Origin: a virus
IMG/VR virus record: IMGVR_UViG_3300047551_002812
Span: 15,358-79,357 of that record
Strand: one strand, 5' to 3'
Length of the DNA: 64,000 nucleotides
The position numbers and the translations under genes were made by a program. Shown here one piece after another: positions 57,858 through 64,000 of this stretch. Numbering within the stretch: position 1 is the stretch's first letter; every line of letters starts with the position of its first letter. The notes under the pieces were generated by a model. The model searched no databases. It had not been told where the DNA came from and worked only from the letters and a program-made list of their open reading frames with translations.

Positions 57858-57898
57858 GAGAAAGGCCGGGAGGAAGGGTAAGTCCTCCTCTCCCGGCC
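57858..57898 (-). terminator. Probable terminator hairpin
   Basis: GGCCGGGA...TCCCGGCC (57864-57898) followed by TTTCT on the minus strand. Confidence 0.5.
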
Positions 57899-57923
57899 AC
57901 TTTGCTAGAGGATATCTCGCGGA

Positions 57924-60263
57924 TCACTCCGAGACGTAGATGTTACCGTCGGCAATGAAATAGTTATTCTTGACTAGCCCGAGGTAACCGGTCGGGGTCG
58001 AGTAGATATCCGAACTCGAGGTGAATTTACTCGCCACCGTGGACGGCGTTGTGATGACGATCGCCGAGTTACTCGTGTCAACATCCACGATCGTCAGCGT
58101 GGTGTTATCCGCCCAGTCGGCTAATTCCGCTCCGGTAACGCCGATCCCAGTGGTGCTCACCGCGTCGTTAGAGGCGTTGCCCCCGGCGAAGAAGAGCAAG
58201 GAGAGGATATCTGAAGTGTTACGGAAGAACACCTTCACGGTTGTTGCGGAAGCGTACGCGATACGGTCGATGGCATATCGCCCGAGAGTCACGGTGGCTG
58301 TGATCCTGTAACCGTATCCGTAGTTCGCCGTGCCGGAACCATCGGGCTTTAGCAGGTCGTAGGAACTTGTTCCACGGATCGCTCTGCCTTGATTCGCTCC
58401 CCCGACGCCAGTGATGGAGGCCACGGGAGCGGTGATGCCAAATATCCCCGCTTCGAGCTGCGGGCGGTTCTCTATCACGTGGAGGTAGGTGGCACTGGCC
58501 CCTGTATTATACTGGTACGAGGAGTTGAGTGGGTAGACCCTTGCCGAGATGGATCCGGGCGAGATCGCCGCCGGGAACCCGCCGTCGGTCACAGTGAAGT
58601 ACGTCGGGGTCATCGCCACTCCGCGTTTCACGTCGAGACTTACTCTGCTGTACTCGTTCTGGTAAAGATCCACGGTGCGGATGATGGATCCCGACTCGTT
58701 GAAGGTGAGGTTTCCTTGGGCATTCCAGGTATCCGAGGCGTTAAGCCTGATTCCGGTCTCACCGCAGTTATCAATGATATTGTTATTGATCAGTGAGGCG
58801 TCGATGCCTATAAAATCCACGGCTCCGGAGCAGTTCTGGAAGAGATTGCCCTGGGCGATGATGCGACTCGATTCCCTGATCTTGAGAGGGGAGATATTGA
58901 GTTCGTAGGGTTTGGAGAGCTCGAAGACCCGGTTGTTAGTGAAGTTTATCTTATTGGAGTCCAGAGAGTACAGAGCCGCTCCGGCTCCGTTGTAGAATGA
59001 GCAGTTTGAGATGCGGATACCATCGGCGTACTCCAGCGCGAGCGCGTCGTGGTACTTGTCCCCGAGTCCGTACGTATCATTCTCTGGGAGGTTGATGGGA
59101 AACGTCTCGGTCTTATTGCCATTGAAGGCAAGATCGCGGATGGTCACACCCTCGATACGATTAGTCACTCCCGACCCGATCATGCCAATAAACCCGAAGG
59201 TTCCCTGTGGGTTTACGTGAGTCGGCATTCGCTTCAGAACCGAGGAGTCCCCGGAACCCCTCAGCACGAGTCCGCTGTACTGACTAGCCGGAATTACTGA
59301 GCTATAGAGCGAGAGGTTGCGCACTGAGTACGTTCCGGCGGGGATAAAAACGTCCCTCACCGAGCTGGAGGCGGCGAAGTCGATGGCGTCTTGGAACGGT
59401 TTTGTATCGTCAAACTTGAACTTCACCCTGATGGAGACGCTGTCCAGTCCTGTGAATACACCCGTCTGAGAAGCGGCGTCGGCGCACTCCAGGATACCGG
59501 AAAGCCCCCTGTTTACGATCTTAAGCCTCCTCTTCACGATGATGGTCTTCGCGGAGATCACTCCAGACGACACGGAGATGATACCCTCGAATAGTTCGGG
59601 GTCGAAAAGTCCGCTATTCAGACGGGTCTCGTCCCAAGACGGTACCTGAGTCGAGCCCCTGTCATTGAAGGTGATCGTGGTATTACCACCGAAGATATTG
59701 TTACTGGGGACGCCCAGGAAAGTGATCTGTCCGGTTCCCCACTGCCTGTAGATCACTGGTACCCACTCGGCAGTGGCTCTGTTCAGAGTGAAACGTACGT
59801 AGTTCTCCTCGTCGAACTGCGTCTGCGGATCACGGTAGACGTCGGGAAGGGTGAGGGTCTTGACGTAGGGGGAGAATTTTCCGGTTACGACATTGAACGG
59901 AAAGATGAAGTACCTGAGGGTCTTGCTGGTGGATGTTCCGGCCTGGACAACAGAACCTACTCCCTCGGGGGCTCCGATGTTCGTCAAGATGCCGTCGTAG
60001 TCCCCGACCGGAGGAGTGGAAGTATCAAGGTAGAAGAAGGCGTAGAGCTCCTGCCCGACCTGGAAGTAATCCTTCTCGTACTGGGAGAAGGACGGGATGT
60101 CCCCAATGCTTATGACGCTCCCGTTCCCGTTGAGGCCTCTCACCCGGCCCTCAAAGTACTGGTCCAGACCGGCGGCTCCGAACGACTTAACGTTCACGTA
60201 GGAGTTCCTGTCAGCGTCGATCTGGATAAGAGTTGATGTCTGTGTGCGACCGATGTATCTCAT
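57924..60263 (-). CDS. Right-handed beta-helix (pectate-lyase-like) tailspike protein
   Basis: VNVKSFGA, DDTKPFQDAID...VFIPAGTY, LRGSGDSSVL and repeated I.NN/IISNC rungs. Confidence 0.75.
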   Translation of the reverse strand: MRYIGRTQTSTLIQIDADRNSYVNVKSFGAAGLDQYFEGRVRGLNGNGSVISIGDIPSFSQYEKDYFQVGQELYAFFYLDTSTPPVGDYDGILTNIGAPEGVGSVVQAGTSTSKTLRYFIFPFNVVTGKFSPYVKTLTLPDVYRDPQTQFDEENYVRFTLNRATAEWVPVIYRQWGTGQITFLGVPSNNIFGGNTTITFNDRGSTQVPSWDETRLNSGLFDPELFEGIISVSSGVISAKTIIVKRRLKIVNRGLSGILECADAASQTGVFTGLDSVSIRVKFKFDDTKPFQDAIDFAASSSVRDVFIPAGTYSVRNLSLYSSVIPASQYSGLVLRGSGDSSVLKRMPTHVNPQGTFGFIGMIGSGVTNRIEGVTIRDLAFNGNKTETFPINLPENDTYGLGDKYHDALALEYADGIRISNCSFYNGAGAALYSLDSNKINFTNNRVFELSKPYELNISPLKIRESSRIIAQGNLFQNCSGAVDFIGIDASLINNNIIDNCGETGIRLNASDTWNAQGNLTFNESGSIIRTVDLYQNEYSRVSLDVKRGVAMTPTYFTVTDGGFPAAISPGSISARVYPLNSSYQYNTGASATYLHVIENRPQLEAGIFGITAPVASITGVGGANQGRAIRGTSSYDLLKPDGSGTANYGYGYRITATVTLGRYAIDRIAYASATTVKVFFRNTSDILSLLFFAGGNASNDAVSTTGIGVTGAELADWADNTTLTIVDVDTSNSAIVITTPSTVASKFTSSSDIYSTPTGYLGLVKNNYFIADGNIYVSE

Positions 60264-60271
60264 GTCTATCC

Positions 60272-60643
60272 TCAGCTGGCTGGAGTGTAGATCACGTAAG
60301 AGACCGCCATGTCCACCGAGTTAGCACCATTGGAATCAACCCACGCCTTCAGCAAGTCGTTTCTCCCGAGGACAAACTTATTACCATCCATGACCTCGAA
60401 GGAGGTCTGGGAGGGAACGGCCACATCGTAGAGCAGGTGGGCGGCGGTGGGACTACCGGACTTCTGCAGGGTCATATTGATGCCCCGGGTGGTCTGGGAC
60501 TTATTGGCAACCATGATCGACAGGATCATCGCGTAGCCATTCGCGGGGATGAGGGTGGTGTCGAACACCGTCGTGGCCGATGCCGAATTGGCGGAGACGT
60601 TGGTGTAAGCCGACGAGTAGAAATTATTTACTGGGTAAGTCAT
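60272..60643 (-). CDS. Small virion protein
   Basis: ILSIMVAN...LLYDVAVP...GNKFVL...D.LKA pattern common in cyanophage structural clusters. Confidence 0.6.
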   Translation of the reverse strand: MTYPVNNFYSSAYTNVSANSASATTVFDTTLIPANGYAMILSIMVANKSQTTRGINMTLQKSGSPTAAHLLYDVAVPSQTSFEVMDGNKFVLGRNDLLKAWVDSNGANSVDMAVSYVIYTPAS

Positions 60644-60646
60644 TGA

Positions 60647-60937
60647 TCAACCAAGGATGAGAGAGGCGGTCTGGAGGTAGGTGATACCCTCGAGTATCTC
60701 CTGCTTACGTGCGAGGGACAACGAAGACTGAGGAGCGGCGGAGCATTCCACGGCCGATACCGAAAGATACAACGGGGAGGTGTTTCCCTTGCCATCCTGT
60801 AGTCTGGCTTTCTCCCGATTAGCACTCGAGTTCAGATCGAATGGAAAACCGTCCTCGTCGGGTTGCGAGTCGAGATTAGAGAGTACGACATTCGCGAATG
60901 TCTTCGAGATCTCGAAATTTTCGATATTCGAGGCCAT
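60647..60937 (-). CDS. Small hypothetical (probably virion) protein
   Basis: 96 aa ORF; GTTTAAAG at 60981-60988. Confidence 0.6.
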   Translation of the reverse strand: MASNIENFEISKTFANVVLSNLDSQPDEDGFPFDLNSSANREKARLQDGKGNTSPLYLSVSAVECSAAPQSSLSLARKQEILEGITYLQTASLILG

Positions 60938-60999
60938 GTGATGATAAACTCCGGGAATTCAGTTTATAGAACTATGATTACTTTAAACGGGTTATAAGG

Positions 61000-61194
61000 A
61001 TGACCAAAGCTGAACTGGCAAGTATGATCGACGCCTACGCGGACGCAAAAGCCTCCGGGAACAAGTACCTCGTGCAGAAGATGATCGAGGAGCTTGAGGG
61101 AGTGCTGAACGAGATCTGCGACGGTCCGACCTCTGCTCCGCAGCCTCCCCACGAGTTACCGTCACTGACGCCACCTCAGTCCGACGAGTACTGA
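61000..61194 (+). CDS. Hypothetical protein
   Basis: 64 aa helical ORF whose stop overlaps the next start. Confidence 0.55.
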   Translation: MTKAELASMIDAYADAKASGNKYLVQKMIEELEGVLNEICDGPTSAPQPPHELPSLTPPQSDEY

Positions 61195-61553
61195 TGAGAA
61201 TCACGAGGTTGCGAGGTGGGAACGCTCAGTTCCCAGGGGATAAGGAGATCGGGGACGCCGTGGTTCTCGGCTCTGGGGACATATTCTGCTGGGATGGGAA
61301 GATATGGCAGTTGGTGGGCGGAAGGTTCATCCCCGAGAGGATGAGGGAGGAGTTCATCTCATACATCTCTACGGGGTGGCCCGGTAGGAACGACGCGGAG
61401 TTTGACCTGCCAACTCTCCTCGACCTGGCCACCTTTGCGGACTATGGTGAGAGGGACATCTCCCCAGCTGACCCGAGGATGGTGGATAAGTTCAAACACA
61501 GAGTTGCGGAGGTGGCGGGACTCTGTGAGAAGGCGATAAAGGCACAGAGATGA
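61194..61553 (+). CDS. Hypothetical protein
   Basis: 119 aa; FPG..IGD.....WDG..W motif. Confidence 0.55.
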   Translation: MRITRLRGGNAQFPGDKEIGDAVVLGSGDIFCWDGKIWQLVGGRFIPERMREEFISYISTGWPGRNDAEFDLPTLLDLATFADYGERDISPADPRMVDKFKHRVAEVAGLCEKAIKAQR

Positions 61554-61558
61554 TCAAG

Positions 61559-61602
61559 GCGGGCAAGGGAACTCGGCCGGAGGCCAAGGGTTCCCTCCCC
61601 GC
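61559..61602. terminator. GC-rich hairpin between convergent genes
   Basis: GCGGG..AGGGAAC / GTTCCCT..CCCGC arms; no U-tract. Confidence 0.4.
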
Positions 61603-61630
61603 GCGGTTCTCACCGAGTCGGAATCAGGCT

Positions 61631-61846
61631 TCAGCCTGCCACTTCCTGCTCCGTGGTATCCGTGGTAGCTTCTTCCTGAGGCGATTCGGGTTCCTCACCG
61701 AGCTGGAGTTGCATTGCCTCGATGGCCCCTTGGAGTTTCAGAGCGAGTTCCTGGCGTTGGCCTAGGGCGGCGCGGAGCTGGCCGATCTCCTTCTCCACGC
61801 GTTCTAGTTGGGAGATAAAATCCTCTTTGAGTGTTTTCGGTTCCAT
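61631..61846 (-). CDS. Small coiled-coil protein (fibre-associated)
   Basis: LKLQGAIEAMQ coiled coil; variant GTTTAAGG at 61874-61881. Confidence 0.6.
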   Translation of the reverse strand: MEPKTLKEDFISQLERVEKEIGQLRAALGQRQELALKLQGAIEAMQLQLGEEPESPQEEATTDTTEQEVAG

Positions 61847-61899
61847 GGTATGAGAGTGGTATGTACGTACCTACCTTAAACTGGAAATGCGGAATCTGT

Positions 61900-62214
61900 C
61901 TACCAGGGGAGGCCGGAAGCACTGACCGGATTGCGCTTGGACTCGATCTGGGCGGTGAGCGATGACTCGTAGGCAGCGAACTGCTCCTCTCCCATCACAT
62001 TTCTGATCCACTCTGTCACAGTCTCCGGAGACAAATCGGAGTAGGGGATGAAGTTTTCGGGGTCCGCGGGAGGGAGGCCTAGGGAGCCGTAGGCGCTGGA
62101 GGTATAACCATCCTCGGAGGTGAGGCTGACGGTCCAGTGGATCACCGTGACGATGTTATCAGGGAGAGAACGCTCGAGGGTGTTGATGGTCCAGACGGGA
62201 GTGACGGTGGTCAT
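61900..62214 (-). CDS. Tail-fibre-associated small protein
   Basis: WTINTLER...VIHW...AYGS..L...FIPYSDL...V..W, typical downstream of S74 fibres; start ATG 62214. Confidence 0.65.
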   Translation of the reverse strand: MTTVTPVWTINTLERSLPDNIVTVIHWTVSLTSEDGYTSSAYGSLGLPPADPENFIPYSDLSPETVTEWIRNVMGEEQFAAYESSLTAQIESKRNPVSASGLPW

Positions 62215-62273
62215 TGGAGGTAAAGGAGAAGGTGGAAGGGGTGCGGCACTACGGCCGCGTAGTGAGGGGGACC

Positions 62274-64000
62274 TCAAGCCTTGAGAGCTGCTACATCAGC
62301 CTCAAGTTTTTCGATGCGCTCCATGGCTTCTTGCAGCGCCTTCACCGCCTTCATGTAGAGGACGGAGTAGTTGACGCTTTTGGTGACGGTGCCAAGGTCG
62401 TTGCCTTCGGCGTCGCGGTCGGGGGATTCACTGACGAGGCCAGGGGAGACCAGTTCAACTTCTTGGGCAACCAGGCCGATTTGGGTGTGGGTCTGACCTT
62501 CCTTGAAGTTGTACTTGCGGATCTGAAGAGACTTAATATCGGACCACTGGGAGGTGGCATTAACGATGTTTTCTTTTAGTTTCAGGTCCGAAATGGATCC
62601 ATAGGAATTATTGCTGTTCTGCACATTGCCATTTGAATAGACTTGGAATGATGCTACCCCAGAAAGGGGGGAGCCTGTTGTTGCTCCATAACGACCCTGA
62701 AATGTGACATAAGTTGTTCCAGAGCCCTGAGTAGTCTCACTAATAATTCCGGCTTCTGTTGAAATCATATTGACGCGCCCCGCATTCGTAATCCTCATCC
62801 TCTCCGTCGGAGTGTCTGCCCCGTCGGCCGTGGTGTAGAAGAGCAGGCGGCCGGGCATATCGTTTGTGCCGGGCGTACCATCTACATGAGCAGTAATGCG
62901 TGCAGCCCTAAGCGCTTGAGTGCCGTCTGTTGCAATAAAATCAAGACCGCCAATCTCGTCTCCAGACTGTACGATAGTATTACTTCCAACAGACGTGCCA
63001 CGGCTCTTTCCAATAAAAATATAAGATCCGTTGATGTCATTACTATTGCCAATTACAGAAATAGTTGAGGGCGCGTAGCCAACGCCTTCCACCTGCAGTG
63101 AAGGGCTGTGCGTTAGTGGAGTACGCGCCGAACTAGTCCCCACCAGAAGGCGGCCACTAGCATCCAGCGTCATCGCCTGGGTGAAGGTGATGGGGTCGCC
63201 GGCGGTGCCGGGGAGGGCGGTGTACCATTCATGCGCGCCACCACCTTTGTTTTGAAGGTACATCAAAGAAATACCGTTTTCAATGTACCTTGGTGTACCT
63301 CCCCCAGAGCCAGATTGATACCAGTTTGTACCAAAGCGACCAGAACCGTTGTTTACATCAGCAGACACTGCTACTGTGGGAGCTATTTGCAATGCTTTAA
63401 AGTTTATACCCCAAGCACTCGGCGTCACCCCCAGGCCGAGGTTGCCGGAGGAGTCAATAACAACACGATCTGCTGTGCCGCCAGTTCGGAAAGAGATACT
63501 GGAACTGTAGGATCCAGACCCCGAGCTAATTTCAAACTTGCCGGTTGAGTATTCTTGTTTTATGTAGCCAAGCACTTCACTGTCTGTTGAGGTGGCAAAA
63601 TAAATACCACGATCACTAGTATTGTTGGAGCTATTAAGCAGCAGCTTGGCGTCACCAGATCCTTTGATGTGCAGTAATTGCGCAGGGCTACTAGTCCCCA
63701 GACCCATTCTCCCTGCTGACGTAACCACCAAGCTGTCAACCGGCGCCGAGCCTGAGAAGCTGACGGCCTGGGTGGAGCCTGCAGTGCCGGCACCTTTGAT
63801 GTTTACGTCGCCGGTAGAGGTGATGCGGAGGCGTTCGGTGTTATTGGTAGCGAACTTAATTGCACCACCTTCGTAGAGGTTGATCGTGGCATCGTAGGAG
63901 TCAAGTCCGAAGTAGACGCCCCGACTTGCTCCGCTACCTGTGCTGGAATTGGTTACCGTGAAAGCTGTATTGCCAGATGCATTGTGGGCGTGAATAAGTG
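62274..64000 (-). CDS. Tail fibre with C-terminal intramolecular chaperone (peptidase S74); 5' end beyond the window
   Basis: The frame stays open from 63998 by my translation. ERLRI/ERMRI..G.LGLGT repeats; SDLKLKENI...IGLVAQEVE...VNYS...KALQE. Confidence 0.9.
   Translation of the reverse strand, partial: LIHAHNASGNTAFTVTNSSTGSGASRGVYFGLDSYDATINLYEGGAIKFATNNTERLRITSTGDVNIKGAGTAGSTQAVSFSGSAPVDSLVVTSAGRMGLGTSSPAQLLHIKGSGDAKLLLNSSNNTSDRGIYFATSTDSEVLGYIKQEYSTGKFEISSGSGSYSSSISFRTGGTADRVVIDSSGNLGLGVTPSAWGINFKALQIAPTVAVSADVNNGSGRFGTNWYQSGSGGGTPRYIENGISLMYLQNKGGGAHEWYTALPGTAGDPITFTQAMTLDASGRLLVGTSSARTPLTHSPSLQVEGVGYAPSTISVIGNSNDINGSYIFIGKSRGTSVGSNTIVQSGDEIGGLDFIATDGTQALRAARITAHVDGTPGTNDMPGRLLFYTTADGADTPTERMRITNAGRVNMISTEAGIISETTQGSGTTYVTFQGRYGATTGSPLSGVASFQVYSNGNVQNSNNSYGSISDLKLKENIVNATSQWSDIKSLQIRKYNFKEGQTHTQIGLVAQEVELVSPGLVSESPDRDAEGNDLGTVTKSVNYSVLYMKAVKALQEAMERIEKLEADVAALKA

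Noticed and set aside
14-63876. Numerous short overlapping ORFs in the track (e.g. 9206-10021, 7620-8294, 52321-53106)
   Set aside because: They are antisense or off-frame shadows of well-supported genes, with no motifs and no promoter support.
62274-64000. Diversity-generating retroelement or shufflon acting on the fibre
   Set aside because: No reverse transcriptase, recombinase, template/variable repeat pair or inverted crossover sites are visible in the window.

Overview
A gene-dense 64 kb segment of a large contractile-tailed dsDNA phage genome, very probably a non-T4-type cyanophage. Host evidence is a cyanobacterial Mo-nitrogenase-C-terminal-like domain protein, a SigF/SigB-type sigma factor, PhoH and cyanophage-type virion proteins. 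The window holds (i) the start of a tape-measure-like gene and a CIS-tube-domain gene; (ii) a replication and nucleotide block: AEP primase, SF3 helicase, 5'-3' exonuclease, thymidylate-synthase homologue, C5 DNA methyltransferase, all-alpha dUTPase/dCTPase, NrdA-glutaredoxin fusion, NrdB, HNH nucleases and a putative SSB; (iii) P2/Mu/eCIS-like baseplate genes, terminase large subunit, thioredoxin, sigma factor and a hub protein with three peptidoglycan hydrolase domains; (iv) about 20 kb of very large virion/fibre proteins ending in an S74-chaperone tail fibre that runs off the window. The most notable lead is the 'ThyA', which has Asp at the Asn177 specificity position (RSNDMATGVPLD). This predicts a dCMP-methylating or hydroxymethylating enzyme, and the gene shares a promoter class with a dCTPase/dUTPase-like gene, RNR and a dNMP kinase, making a candidate cytosine-modification pathway. 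Two promoter classes are readable directly: host-type extended -10 (TGRTA[G/T][A/G]AT) before nucleotide/replication genes and the sigma operon, and GTTTAAAG before structural genes, a candidate late promoter for the phage sigma. All family assignments come from motif recognition by eye, not database searches. No tRNA, rRNA, CRISPR array or IS element was seen.
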